Notes under the pieces: model-generated | Databases searched by the model: none | What the model was told of the DNA's origin: nothing | Seen by the model: the letters and a program-made list of their open reading frames with translations, nothing else | Shown here: in pieces, positions 19,036 to 29,603 of the stretch | Layout of the letters: every line of letters begins with the position of its first letter | Numbering within the stretch: position 1 is the first letter of the stretch | From: Longimicrobiales bacterium | GTDB lineage: Bacteria > Gemmatimonadota > Gemmatimonadetes > Longimicrobiales > Gaopeijiaceae | Direction: 5' to 3' | NCBI GenBank assembly: GCA_965202985.1 | Contig: CBDBCF010000001.1 | Span: 832,001 to 896,000 of the forward strand | Length of the DNA stretch: 64,000 nt | Position numbers and translations under genes: made by a program

Positions 19036-20140
19036 CGCGGGGCGCCTTGCGCCAGTAGCGGGCCAGCCCCCGCCACGAGTCCTCGAACGCCGATATCGCG
19101 GCGTACAAGTCCACGGAGTCCGCAGACGCGGAGGAGCACAGCTCCGCCCGCACATGCTCGGCAAAGGCACGCGCGTGCGCGTCGTCGTCGCTGGCGCGGC
19201 TCGCGCCGCCGGCTCGGCCCCCGTCTTGTGCGCCGGACGGCCCGTCGCCGGACGCCCGCTCGTCCCCTGACCGCCCTTGCGACCGCCCTTGCGCGTCGGG
19301 ATCGACCTCCAGCGAGCCCCGGACCCTGGCCGCCCAATCGGACAGCCCTTCCCACAGGCGGTCGAAGTGCGCCTCCGGGTCGTCGTGGATCCCGAAGTGA
19401 GTGGTCACGATCCGCTCCGGCCGCCACGTCGAGATCCGGTCCATGCTGCGGTTCCACGCCTCCACGTCGATGTCGGGCGGAGGCGTCACGGGAACCGTCG
19501 GCCCGTCTTCGATCCGCAGGCCGCCGGCGTCGCCGATCCATGCAACGCCGGTCTCGGGCTCGAAGTAGGCCACGTGGTGCTTGGCGTGTCCGGGCACGTC
19601 CGCCACCCGCAGGCGACGTCCGCCGACCCTGATCTCCGAGCCATCCTCCACCTGTCGCAACGCCCGCTCGGGAACGGGCAGCAGGTCGCCCCACAGGCGC
19701 TCCATCCCGTCCCCGTAGATGCGCCTTGCATGCATCAGCAGGCGCGTCGGATCCAGCATGTGAGGCGCGCCCACCGGATGCACGAACACGCGGGCGTCCG
19801 GCGCCGCCCGAACGATCGCGCCGGTCGCGGTCGCATGGTCCAGGTGAATGTGCGTGAGAAGCACCGCCCGCACTTCAGCCGGCCCGTAGCCCATCTGGGC
19901 CAGCGCCGCCCAAAGCGTCCCCAGCCGCGCCTCGGGTCCGGGGTCCACCAGGGCCACCCCTTCGTCGAGCTCCAGCACGCCCGCCCCGATCAACGAGCGC
20001 CGCCCCATGTGCAGCAGGTCCACGAAGCCCGTGCGCGAATCCACGGCCACGATCCGAGGTCCGGCCGCGCCGCCGCCGACCGCGACCCGATCGCCTGTCG
20101 CGGGCTCCACAGCGACCGCGCCTTCGCGAACTCGAGCCAC
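19013..20140 (-). CDS. MBL-fold metallo-hydrolase
   Basis: VDPG, LTHIHLDH, PGHAKHH, GDA, THFG. Confidence 0.9.
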   Translation of the reverse strand: MARVREGAVAVEPATGDRVAVGGGAAGPRIVAVDSRTGFVDLLHMGRRSLIGAGVLELDEGVALVDPGPEARLGTLWAALAQMGYGPAEVRAVLLTHIHLDHATATGAIVRAAPDARVFVHPVGAPHMLDPTRLLMHARRIYGDGMERLWGDLLPVPERALRQVEDGSEIRVGGRRLRVADVPGHAKHHVAYFEPETGVAWIGDAGGLRIEDGPTVPVTPPPDIDVEAWNRSMDRISTWRPERIVTTHFGIHDDPEAHFDRLWEGLSDWAARVRGSLEVDPDAQGRSQGRSGDERASGDGPSGAQDGGRAGGASRASDDDAHARAFAEHVRAELCSSASADSVDLYAAISAFEDSWRGLARYWRKAPRAIPRSPA

Positions 20141-20142
20141 CT

Positions 20143-22302
20143 TTATGCGCCTCCGTCGTCCGCAGCCGGCTGCTGCTTGTGCGTGCCCCACTTCTCGAAC
20201 CACTTGCGCAGGTACAGTTGCGTGCGCAGGAAGTTGGACGGCTTGGACGTGGTTCCGTGCCACTCGTCTTGAAAGCGCACCATGACCGTGGGGACGCCCA
20301 AGTACTGGAGCGCTTGGTAGAACTCCTCGGTCTGGCCCATCGGCGTGCGCAAGTCCTTCTCGCCGGTCATGAGCATCGTGGGCGTGGTCGCCGCTCCCAC
20401 GTAGAAGATCGACGAGCGGTCGATCCACTCGGCCGGGTCCTCCCAGAACGGCTTCTCGAAGGTGCGCATGTAGCTGGTGGCGTCGGACGTGCCCATGGCC
20501 GACATCCAGTTCACTATGGGACAGTTGGCCGACGCGGCCCGAAAGCGATCGGTGTTCCCAACGATGTAGCTGGTCAGGATGCCGCCCCCCGAGCAACCGT
20601 AGACGAACAGGTTGTCCGGGTCCACGTAGCCCCGCGCCAGCACTTCGTCTACGCCCTTCATCAGGTCCGGGAAGTCGGCGCCGGGGTAGTCGTGGTTGAT
20701 GGCGTTCGCGAAGGCGCTCCCGTAGCCGGTGCTGCCTCTGGGGTTGGTGTACAGCACGACGTAGCCGTTCGCGGCGTGCTCCTGGAAGGCGAAGTTGAAG
20801 CCGCCGTGGTACATGGCGTGCGGGCCGCCGTGGATCGCCAGCATAAGCGGGTACTTGCGCGACGAGTCGAAGTCCGGCGGGGTCACGATCCAACCCTGCA
20901 CGCGAAGCCCGTCGTCCGAGTCGTACCACAGCTCTTCGACCTCTCCCAGCCGGACCCGCTCCAGCACGTCCGCGTTGACGTCGGTGAGACGGACGGCGGA
21001 CGCGGGGTCGTCCAGCGCGAACCGGTAGATGTCGCCGGGCTCGCGCGCGCTGGACCGCACCCCCACGGCCGTCCCGTGGGACGCGAACGACGACATGGCG
21101 AACAGATGGGCGCCCTCGGTCAACGCCGTCACGCCGCCCCCGTCCACCGACACGAAGTGGAGCTGTCCGTAGCCGTCCCGCCGGACGTTGAAGTACAAGC
21201 CGCTGCCGTCGGGCGCCCACGTCATGGAGCCGGTCTGCCGGTCGTAGTCGCCGGACACGACGCGCGGTTCGGACCCGTCGCGGTTCATTACGTGGATCTT
21301 GCGGTTCCGGTAGGTGTCCCGGTGGGCGTCCAGTCCCACGTAGGCGATCAGCTCGCCGTCGGGCGACGGCACGGGCCCCGAGTCTTCGCCCCGCCGCCGG
21401 GTCAGCGCGCGGATCTCGCCGGTGGCCACCTCGACGGCGTATATCTCCGACTCCTGCCAGTGCTCGGGGCGGTGCGCATCTTCGTGTCGGAACGACGTGA
21501 AGTAGAGTTCGGCGCCGTCCGGGCTCCAGCGCGGCCCCGAGTGGTTCCAGTCGCCGCGGGTCAGGCGACGCGCAGTGCCCCCGTCGGCAGGCGCCACGAA
21601 CAGGTGGGTGAAGCCGACGTCCACGTAGCCCCGCCGGTCGCGCTTGTACGCCGCGCGCTCCACCACCTTGGGCTCGGCAGCCCACTCGGCGCCTTCGGGT
21701 CGCGCGGGCAACGCCACGCCGGCGAACTCGGCCTTGGCGCCGACGCGGCTGGCGAAGGCGATCCAGCGGCCGTCGGGCGACCAGCGCGCTTCGGACGGGG
21801 CGTGTTCCAGGCGCGTGACCTGGCTGGTGGCCCCCTCGGCGTCCATCCACCGCACGAAGAGCTGGGCGCCTCCGGGCTCGCCGGGCGCGACGTACAAGAT
21901 GCGGGTCCCGTCGGGCGACCAGCGCGCCCCGCTCCCGTCCGCCAAGCGACGAGCCCGCGTCCCGTCGGCGTTCATGATCCAGAGAGACGACTCGCGCCGG
22001 TCCCGAACCTTGTCGATCCAGCCCCGCGTGTAGACGACGCGCGTACCGTCGGGCGAGATGCGCGGGTCCGAGACGCTCTCCATGTCCAGGTAGTGGGACA
22101 GCGACAGGTGCTGTTGGGTGGGCTGCGGCGGGCGGACGACCGGCGGCGGCGCCGGAGACGACTCGACCGGCGTCGCGATGGCCGTCGCCAGCAGCGCCGC
22201 GGTGGCCGCGGACGCCCGTAGACGGGTCCTCGGGCTGGGCGCCGCCGTCCAGCGCCTCGCTGTCCCGTGTCTCGCCGTCGGGCACCTCGTCCGGCGCCTC
22301 AC
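20143..22302 (-). CDS. S9 family peptidase (beta-propeller plus alpha/beta hydrolase)
   Basis: WSPDG repeats, IHGGPH, NPRGSTGYG, GCSGGG, GEKDLR, EWHG. Confidence 0.93.
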   Translation of the reverse strand: MRRRTRCPTARHGTARRWTAAPSPRTRLRASAATAALLATAIATPVESSPAPPPVVRPPQPTQQHLSLSHYLDMESVSDPRISPDGTRVVYTRGWIDKVRDRRESSLWIMNADGTRARRLADGSGARWSPDGTRILYVAPGEPGGAQLFVRWMDAEGATSQVTRLEHAPSEARWSPDGRWIAFASRVGAKAEFAGVALPARPEGAEWAAEPKVVERAAYKRDRRGYVDVGFTHLFVAPADGGTARRLTRGDWNHSGPRWSPDGAELYFTSFRHEDAHRPEHWQESEIYAVEVATGEIRALTRRRGEDSGPVPSPDGELIAYVGLDAHRDTYRNRKIHVMNRDGSEPRVVSGDYDRQTGSMTWAPDGSGLYFNVRRDGYGQLHFVSVDGGGVTALTEGAHLFAMSSFASHGTAVGVRSSAREPGDIYRFALDDPASAVRLTDVNADVLERVRLGEVEELWYDSDDGLRVQGWIVTPPDFDSSRKYPLMLAIHGGPHAMYHGGFNFAFQEHAANGYVVLYTNPRGSTGYGSAFANAINHDYPGADFPDLMKGVDEVLARGYVDPDNLFVYGCSGGGILTSYIVGNTDRFRAASANCPIVNWMSAMGTSDATSYMRTFEKPFWEDPAEWIDRSSIFYVGAATTPTMLMTGEKDLRTPMGQTEEFYQALQYLGVPTVMVRFQDEWHGTTSKPSNFLRTQLYLRKWFEKWGTHKQQPAADDGGA

Positions 22303-23792
22303 TGGCCATCCTCCCAGTTGCTGGTGATCGCTCTGCCGGGGAAGGCGTCCTCCACCAGCGCCCCGTCCCGCACCACGGCCACGCCCTCCACCAGCACGAA
22401 GGCGATCCCCTGGGACGCGGTGGCCGGCGCCTCGAAGGTGGCCCTGTCCAGCACCGTCTCGGGGTCGAACACCGTGATGTCGGCGTCGGCACCCACCTGG
22501 ATCCGTCCCTTGCGCGTCATCGCCGGCGCCACGCCCTCCAGCCTGCGAGCCGGCAGCAGCGTCATCTTGGTCAGCGCGTCCATGAGCGACAGCGCGCCCC
22601 GCTCCCGGACGTAGCGTCCCAGAATGCGGCTGAAGGTGCCCGCCCCGCGCGGATGCACGGGCAGGTGCAGGAACGGGATGCCGTCGCTGGCCGCGATCAC
22701 GTCGGGTTGCGCTGTGATCCATTCGCTGGTCTCCTCGTTGCGTCCGTGGATGAGCACCCAGCCGCCGCGCTCCCGGTACTCGCGGAAGCTCCGAGCGTTA
22801 AGGCGTTCGGCGGTCCCCGGCCACTGAAGGACTTGGTACGCGGCGTCGTCCAGTCCCTCCCACGGGTCGAAGAGCGCCGACTCGATATAGGTGGAGCCGG
22901 TCGTGTACGGATACGCTTCGGTGGTCACGTCCAAGCCGTGCGCGACCGCGCCCCGGACGAGCTCCAACGCTTCGCGGGCCTGCTCGTCCGCGCTGGAGTT
23001 CAGGTGCACGACGTGGACCGACGCGCCCGTGGCGGCGGCATTGGCGATCACTTCCTGGAAGGGGTCCAGCAGGTCCCCGTCCTCGGCGGCCCGCAGGTGC
23101 ACGTAGGCCGGCACGCCCTGGCCCGCCGCGGAGTCGAAGAGCCGAAAGATCTCGTCGCGCGACGCCCCCGGCGTATAGGTGATCCCGAATCCGTACCCCA
23201 GCCCGCCCTCCGCCAGCCCCGCCTCCATGAGCGCCGCCAGTTCGCCGATCCGCTCGCCCTCCAGCGTCTCGTGAACGACACCCGGTCCCATCGAAGCATT
23301 TTCCTGTCCCGGCGGCAGCGTCGGCTGGTGCCCCACGTCCACGCCCGTCAGCAGCTTGGCCCGCGCCCCCGGATGGCTGACGGTCGCCCCGTAGTGAATG
23401 CGCGCCAGCCCCTCCCGCGAAGCGATCCACGGCCCCACCGGATAGACGCCCAGCTCCATCTCCAAGGCCGTGGTGACCCCGTCCAGCGCCTGCCACCGGT
23501 TGCTGACCGTGTCCTGCCCGTGCGCGTGCAGGTCGATGAACCCCGGCGCAACGACCATCCCCGTCGCGTCCAAGGTGTCCCTGCCCGCTATGGACTCGCC
23601 CTCGCCCGCCAGAGCCGCGATCGCGCCGTCCCGAACCCCCACGTCCCGCAGCGCGTCCAGCCCCGTCTCCGGGTCCATAACCCGCCCGTTCAGGACGACC
23701 AGGTCGTGCGGCTGCGAGCAGGCCGCCCCCCAGACGGCAGCAAGGGCCGAGAAGGCGACGGCTGAGGGGAGGGAGGTGCGATCTCGGTTCAT
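22299..23792 (-). CDS. Amidohydrolase (N-acyl-D-amino-acid deacylase-like), probable lipoprotein
   Basis: PGFIDLHAH, ASDG, HPRGAGTF, KGRIQVGADADI; lipobox-like WGAAC. Confidence 0.9.
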   Translation of the reverse strand: MNRDRTSLPSAVAFSALAAVWGAACSQPHDLVVLNGRVMDPETGLDALRDVGVRDGAIAALAGEGESIAGRDTLDATGMVVAPGFIDLHAHGQDTVSNRWQALDGVTTALEMELGVYPVGPWIASREGLARIHYGATVSHPGARAKLLTGVDVGHQPTLPPGQENASMGPGVVHETLEGERIGELAALMEAGLAEGGLGYGFGITYTPGASRDEIFRLFDSAAGQGVPAYVHLRAAEDGDLLDPFQEVIANAAATGASVHVVHLNSSADEQAREALELVRGAVAHGLDVTTEAYPYTTGSTYIESALFDPWEGLDDAAYQVLQWPGTAERLNARSFREYRERGGWVLIHGRNEETSEWITAQPDVIAASDGIPFLHLPVHPRGAGTFSRILGRYVRERGALSLMDALTKMTLLPARRLEGVAPAMTRKGRIQVGADADITVFDPETVLDRATFEAPATASQGIAFVLVEGVAVVRDGALVEDAFPGRAITSNWEDGQ

Positions 23793-23997
23793 GGGGGGCT
23801 CCTTGGGGGAGGGGGAGGCTTCGGTGGGCGGGTGCGATGGGGGATGGAAGCGCTGGAGGCGAAGGTGGCTGCCGGCGAGTGCCTGGCAGTCTCCTACGAG
23901 AATCCGCAGGTCGGGGGACTGGCGCAAGGCTGGCGGGGGCTATCGTGGCGGGAGGCTGGCGGAGGTGGTCGTTGTGCCAGGTTGGCGGTCGCCGTCG

Positions 23998-26900
23998 TCA
24001 AGTGCTCTCGGGACGGCTCACGTCGATCACTACGACTTTGACCCTGTGCCTCTCGTCGTCCGACAGCTCCTCCTCCAGACGACGGGCCAGCTCCTCGGGA
24101 TCCTTCGGGCGAGGTCCCTTCGGCGGGGTCTTGACCCGCTCGGCCCCCCCTGCGCCGAACCACAGGACCACATAGATGCCGTGTCCCGCCGACTCGGGGT
24201 CGCGCACGTACTTCTTCATCAGCTGATTCCGCATCGCGCTCCACAGCTCCCTGTTGCTGCTCTTCTTGATCTCGATTGGGATCGCGTGGGAGTCGAAGCA
24301 CACGCGGATGTCCGCCCGTGTATTGTCCGCGTAGCTAGCCTCCCGACGGACGTCCACGCCATCCGGCAAGCGCCAGCGGAGGGCCGACAGCAACCTGTTT
24401 CGGCAATAATCCTCGTCCTGCGGCGACGGCGGGCGCCGCTCGGTCTGCCAGTACTCCTGCCAGTCGTCTGTGCTCGAATGACGGATGTCCCTTCCTAGCC
24501 GCTCCAACCGGTCCACGATTAGAGCCGCAAGGTCAGCGGCGTTCGCGGGCGGTCCGTCGCGAAGCACTTCCTCAACTTCTTCGACCGCGGGAATGCGGCG
24601 CTCTGTACGGTAGTGCAGCGCTTTCTGCCGTTCCAATGCATCCTTTAGTGCGCTGTGCCAGTTGGTGAGGTTCCTGTCGTTGGACAAGCAGTCCAGCTCC
24701 AGGCTCGCGACGCGAGTAGGGTTCTTGGCAAGACACTCGATCATGTGTTTGACCAAGGTGATGGCGTCGTCCACTATCCTCGCTTTCTCCGCCGTCTGAA
24801 TCTTGAAGACCGACCAGTAGGGCAAGTGCTTCCGGCCCAGGGTATTCACCAGCAAGGCGACGGCGGTCGCCTCGGCCTCGGTAGCGACATCGAACAGTGG
24901 CTTGTTGCCGCGTGCCTCGCTGACGGCGTACAAAATGTTCTCCAAGTGTTTTCTGCGAGCGTCTCTGCCTTCTTCGATGAAGGCGACGGCGTCGAGAGCA
25001 AACTCGTCCGGCGCAACTGCTACGCCCGCTCCTAGCCAAGTGATGCGCTGGGCTGCGTTCATGTTGCGAATGGCCATTCTATTCCGAACGCGCGGTGCCA
25101 CATCCTCGGGCACGTGGCGGATTGCCGCAACCAGCACCTGGTGCAACAGTGGCAACTGAGCGCCGTACCCCTTGGCCGGGAATGCCTTCAGGAGGTCTGG
25201 CAACGCAAGCCGCGCCGCATGTCGATAGCGTTCGTCCATTGTCATTTTGTACAGCAGAGCACTGTTGTCCCATTTGGCTCGAATGCGATTGCGGTGTAGC
25301 TCCGCAAGGATTGAGGCCACCATCTTTGCACGCGACTCCAGCACGTCGGCAAACCACGCTGGCATCTCTGAGCGGTCGTCAAGCGGTTTGGCAAGAAAGA
25401 ACCAAACTGCCCTTTCGAGACCTTCGCCCAACACGCTGGGGATGTGTTCCCCTCTGCGCTCCATGACGTCCAAGCCTGCTAGGAACGGCATACACCAACC
25501 GAAGAATTTTCCCTCGCCGTCGAGCTTCACGATCTCTGGTATCTTTGGGCCTGCATCGCTGGTGGCCGCACGCACCAGCGCGTTCAGCGCAACGTCCGTG
25601 GCGTCGTCACTTGATGCCAGCTCGGCCCGCAACCGTTCCTCGCCGTCGGCAGGGGCCCCGCCGAAGCCGCCGCAGTAGACTTGACCGAGCTCGACAAGAA
25701 GCTCCTCAGGGCCTGTCCCCGCCAGAAGCGCGTTTCGATGCTGGAGGACTTGGCCAGCTAGCTGTCTCTTCTGGTCCGTTCGTCGAGTGCTGTACGCCAG
25801 TTCTCGGTCTTTCGCGATTCTGTCGTGCTCGGCCATTGCTTTGAGTTGATCGGCAAGGATCGCGGCGTTGCCCACCAATTCAAGAGCGGTGGGTAGCCAC
25901 TCACCCGCTGGCATCGAGCGCCGAATGGGCTGTACGGCAAAGGAGACCAACCAGTGAGCGACATCTTCGTCCGTCCCCGCCACCGCTAGCGCCTTCCGCA
26001 GGCACCACTGCCGGAAGTCGGCGGGGCGACCGGCGCAAGAAACGATTTTCCAGAACGCCGTAGCACCGAAAATTCGTGCGTCGTGGTCACGGCCGTCCTC
26101 GCCGCGAGTTGGAGGAAGCAGATGGAGGCGGAGCAATTCCTTCTGGATCGACGGTCGTTCGGCCAACCACACCTGGACACGAGGCGCACCCGGCAGAACG
26201 CGGTCGGGGCCGCCGGGAACATCAGCCGCTAGCAGAGTTTGCTTTAGACGATCTGCGTCGCCGTGCGAACGATCCCACATGCGGGTGGCCGGATCGTAAG
26301 CCGCAAGCTTGATCCAGTCGTATAGCTCGGTAACGCCCAGGCTCTCCCCATGTGCCTCGATCACTCGCGCTAGGAGCTCCCAAGTCAGGTAGGCGAGCGA
26401 CCAATCCCAGACGTAATCGGCCTTAGCGGATCGGGTGTGCAGAGCGTCGAGCAATTCACGGCAACGTTCTGGGGACAACCTACGGGGCAGAACGGGTGCT
26501 AACGTCCGGGGGAACGGCATCGGCACCCATCTCCAAGCCTCGTCCGGGGGAATGTGGTCCGGATAAAGATTCCGAAACAGCCACATTTGGATGTTGCCAG
26601 AAGGGTCATCGACGCTTCCCTCGTTCACGTCCTGCAGGAGCTGCAGTCTTGTCGTGATCTCCTCCGGGTTGCTAGGAAGCTTGATCGCGGCAGCCAGAGC
26701 CGAATGGCGCACGGACAAGGACCATGTAGGGTCTCGCGCCGTCGCCAGCAGGTCCTTGCCCGAGATTTGGTCGCACTGCAAGGGAATCGCGGCAACACCG
26801 CGCAGGAGAAGTGTCATGGTCTTCTGCACATCATCAGAGCGGTCGCTTCCGACCATGTAGCCGAATAGATCGTTCATGGTTCCTGAATTCACCAAGCCGA

Positions 26901-28146
26901 CCAGCGCGGTGTTGGGCAAGCGCCAGGGGTTGGAACTCGGGCCGGCGTGCATCGAAAGTCGGTCCAGAAGATGCGTTCTCTCGTCTTCGTCAAAGACGCC
27001 GATGTCCCCGTAGGCCACGATGGCGACGGGATCAAGGTCGATCAGGAGCTTTCTGGCGTCGGGGCAAAGCGCGGCCAACCAAGCCGCCACACCTCTTAAT
27101 GGGGAGGGCACACCGCCTCCGGCCGTCAGCAAGCCAATCACGCGACGAAGGACCGCGCGCCCGGCGACGGCTTTCTTCAAGTGGCGGGCGGCCAAGTATT
27201 CGGCCACATGCTCGTGCACGGGCAAGTGCACGCCTGGCGTCGGCCGTTTCGGCACGAGTAGACCCGATTCCCAGGCCTTTCTCGTCCAGTCGCCATCGGG
27301 GTTGATGGCTTCGTTGATCAGTAGCACGCTGTCTGGGTCGGCCGCGTCCGAGCGGTCCCACGCGATCCCGTCTTTGTCCGTGAGCAGATAGAGCGCCGCT
27401 ATGCGACTGGCTGCGTCGAGAACTCGGGTAGGCGAAAGATTCTCCCGAACCGTCGGGTAGCGGAGGGCCGCCCGATGTTCGTCGTTCTCCTCGGTCGTCA
27501 GCGCAAGGCACGCACGCTCAAAGGTATCGACGCGACTCGCGGGCCACTCACAACCCTCACCCGTCGCCTTCATCAGCAACTCAAGCGTGAGCGGGTTGTC
27601 GAGGAGGCCGTGCAACATTCGGCTGTTCGCACTCTCGAAGAAGTCGAGGGCGGCGCTCCCCAAGCGGTGACCAAGGATGTCTCGTGCGTTCTCTTCCGTC
27701 AGCGGGTCGAGTTGCAGGATTGTGAGGCGCCCATAGCCCGGGATCGACCTGATGGCTTCTCGGTCGTTAGTGGCCAGCCACGCAGCCGAGCGGCAGGATA
27801 GCCTGGCGGGAGGGCCGCCTAGTCGGTCCAGACAGTCGAGAATGGAATCGAGAGGCTCACGCACATCCTGTTTTCCGGCCCGCACTTCGTCCAACCCATC
27901 AATGAACAGGGTCTTCCCCCGCCACTTTGACTTCGGATGGGAGTGGGCACGAGCTACTTCGCGAGCGGTCAAGTAGAGGGATTCGTCACTCCGCAAAGCC
28001 TCCGCCTCGAACGCGGTCGTCTTGCCCGCTCCGGGACTGCCCAGCAACACGTAGAAGCGCTCGTCGCGAAAGTCGGACAGCTTCGCCCCGGTCCTCGCTG
28101 GCTTGTCGTCCGAGCCGACCGCCGTCACGGTGCGCGGAACGATCAC
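23998..28146 (-). CDS. Large NACHT/STAND NTPase with C-terminal PD-(D/E)xK-type nuclease domain
   Basis: Walker A GSPGAGKT, Walker B LFIDGLDE, LSCR, NPLTL, HEHVAEYLAA; C-terminal E..CR..L...E....RADI...IPIEIKK...QL..KY. GTG start overlaps the upstream stop. Confidence 0.8.
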   Translation of the reverse strand: MIVPRTVTAVGSDDKPARTGAKLSDFRDERFYVLLGSPGAGKTTAFEAEALRSDESLYLTAREVARAHSHPKSKWRGKTLFIDGLDEVRAGKQDVREPLDSILDCLDRLGGPPARLSCRSAAWLATNDREAIRSIPGYGRLTILQLDPLTEENARDILGHRLGSAALDFFESANSRMLHGLLDNPLTLELLMKATGEGCEWPASRVDTFERACLALTTEENDEHRAALRYPTVRENLSPTRVLDAASRIAALYLLTDKDGIAWDRSDAADPDSVLLINEAINPDGDWTRKAWESGLLVPKRPTPGVHLPVHEHVAEYLAARHLKKAVAGRAVLRRVIGLLTAGGGVPSPLRGVAAWLAALCPDARKLLIDLDPVAIVAYGDIGVFDEDERTHLLDRLSMHAGPSSNPWRLPNTALVGLVNSGTMNDLFGYMVGSDRSDDVQKTMTLLLRGVAAIPLQCDQISGKDLLATARDPTWSLSVRHSALAAAIKLPSNPEEITTRLQLLQDVNEGSVDDPSGNIQMWLFRNLYPDHIPPDEAWRWVPMPFPRTLAPVLPRRLSPERCRELLDALHTRSAKADYVWDWSLAYLTWELLARVIEAHGESLGVTELYDWIKLAAYDPATRMWDRSHGDADRLKQTLLAADVPGGPDRVLPGAPRVQVWLAERPSIQKELLRLHLLPPTRGEDGRDHDARIFGATAFWKIVSCAGRPADFRQWCLRKALAVAGTDEDVAHWLVSFAVQPIRRSMPAGEWLPTALELVGNAAILADQLKAMAEHDRIAKDRELAYSTRRTDQKRQLAGQVLQHRNALLAGTGPEELLVELGQVYCGGFGGAPADGEERLRAELASSDDATDVALNALVRAATSDAGPKIPEIVKLDGEGKFFGWCMPFLAGLDVMERRGEHIPSVLGEGLERAVWFFLAKPLDDRSEMPAWFADVLESRAKMVASILAELHRNRIRAKWDNSALLYKMTMDERYRHAARLALPDLLKAFPAKGYGAQLPLLHQVLVAAIRHVPEDVAPRVRNRMAIRNMNAAQRITWLGAGVAVAPDEFALDAVAFIEEGRDARRKHLENILYAVSEARGNKPLFDVATEAEATAVALLVNTLGRKHLPYWSVFKIQTAEKARIVDDAITLVKHMIECLAKNPTRVASLELDCLSNDRNLTNWHSALKDALERQKALHYRTERRIPAVEEVEEVLRDGPPANAADLAALIVDRLERLGRDIRHSSTDDWQEYWQTERRPPSPQDEDYCRNRLLSALRWRLPDGVDVRREASYADNTRADIRVCFDSHAIPIEIKKSSNRELWSAMRNQLMKKYVRDPESAGHGIYVVLWFGAGGAERVKTPPKGPRPKDPEELARRLEEELSDDERHRVKVVVIDVSRPEST

Positions 28147-29384
28147 GTCCAAGCCTCATCCAGCCAAAATGACGCTGGTTCCCACAAGAATTCGTCAAGG
28201 GGCACCCCACCGCCTCCTACAACCAGCGTCCGGGCCTTCGGGAAGCGCTGCTTGAATGCCCGGAGGCCCCTCAAAGTCCCGTGCGTCTGCCCACTCTTGA
28301 CTTCGATTCCGAGCACGCGGGGGCCTCGCGTCAGCACGAAGTCCACTTCCTCGTCGCGCTCTCGCCAGTAGTGCAATGTTGCCGCAGGCGAAAGCGTGTT
28401 GTAAAGATGAGCCCCGACGACGCTTTCCACGACTCTGCCCCAGAGCGTCTTGTCGACCTTGGCCTCGTCGGGAGCGTATCCCCGGGCCGCCGTCATGATC
28501 GCCGGGTCGAGCACATTCAGCTTGGGGCTCGATCCCCGTCCGGCACTCGGCGGGTACCTGGACAGCCCGGCCGCTAGTCCGGCGTTGCCCAGCAGCTCCA
28601 GGTAGCGGGCCAGCGTCGTCGTGTTGCCGGCGTCCTTCAGCGGGCCGAGCATCTTGTTGTAGGAAAGAATCTGACCCGAGTAGCGGGGAATCAGGTCCAT
28701 CAGGCGTCGCAGCAGGGCGGGCTTGTCGACTCTCGTGAGCGAAAGGATGTCCTTGCCGATCGTCGGTCCGACGATCGACTCCACGATGTATTGCCGCCAC
28801 TTCTCCCAGTTCCGCCTCCACTGTGCCGCGTGCGGATAGCCTCCGAAGTACAGGTAGTCGTCCATGGAGTAGTCGAAGGCCGCCATCTCCCGCAGCGACC
28901 ACTGCCGGACATGCACCGGCATGAAGCGGCCCACCAGGCTCTCGCCGATTCCGGTGAGCATGTCCCACGGAGCGGAGCCCAGCGCGATCACGCGCAACCG
29001 ACGGCCCTCCTCCCGGTCCCTGTCCCACAGTCCCTTCACCACTCGCGACCAGTCCTTCACGTGCTGCACCTCGTCGAGTGCCAGGACGAACCCCCGCTCG
29101 TTCAGTCGCGCTTCCTCTCGGGCGGCTCGCCAGACGCTGATCAGCCACTCCGCGTCGCGCCTCCCCGGGCTACCGGACCAGGGAGCCGGCTCGTCGGCGT
29201 CGGGATCGTCCACGGCGATGTGCCAGCCGGGGATGCGCTCCCGTCGCAGAGCGCGCAGGGCGTGGCGCACGATCGTGGTCTTGCCCGTCTGCCGGGGGCC
29301 GACGACGGCTACGATCGGTGCGGACTCGCCCTTGTCCAGCAGGTCGAGGACCTCGGCGACGTGGCGTCTCTGGAAGGTGCTCAT
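28143..29384 (-). CDS. AAA_14 ATPase with DUF4143 domain, copy 1
   Basis: GPRQTGKTT, LDEVQ, ESLVGR, GGYP, C-terminal EVDFV...IEVKSG. Confidence 0.9.
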   Translation of the reverse strand: MSTFQRRHVAEVLDLLDKGESAPIVAVVGPRQTGKTTIVRHALRALRRERIPGWHIAVDDPDADEPAPWSGSPGRRDAEWLISVWRAAREEARLNERGFVLALDEVQHVKDWSRVVKGLWDRDREEGRRLRVIALGSAPWDMLTGIGESLVGRFMPVHVRQWSLREMAAFDYSMDDYLYFGGYPHAAQWRRNWEKWRQYIVESIVGPTIGKDILSLTRVDKPALLRRLMDLIPRYSGQILSYNKMLGPLKDAGNTTTLARYLELLGNAGLAAGLSRYPPSAGRGSSPKLNVLDPAIMTAARGYAPDEAKVDKTLWGRVVESVVGAHLYNTLSPAATLHYWRERDEEVDFVLTRGPRVLGIEVKSGQTHGTLRGLRAFKQRFPKARTLVVGGGGVPLDEFLWEPASFWLDEAWT

Positions 29385-29421
29385 GATCGGAAGGTAGTGG
29401 AGATTCGACCGGAGGGGAAGG

Positions 29422-29445
29422 TCATTGAGTAAAGTCACTCAATGA
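29422..29445. promoter_or_regulatory. Perfect inverted repeat, operator-like
   Basis: TCATTGAGT-aaagtc-ACTCAATGA in an AT-rich divergent intergenic region. Confidence 0.6.
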
Positions 29446-29603
29446 TATGGTTTTGGAGTTCGCGAAGTCGGGCCGATCCAGCTATCCAAACGCCCAATTT
29501 CCGGGTGCACCTTGCTTCCGGCCCGGCCATTTCTCCCGGGCCCGGAGCGCCCCCCAGGGGTCTCCGCGAACCCGCGAACCCCGCACCCACAGGAGGCCCC
29601 CCG

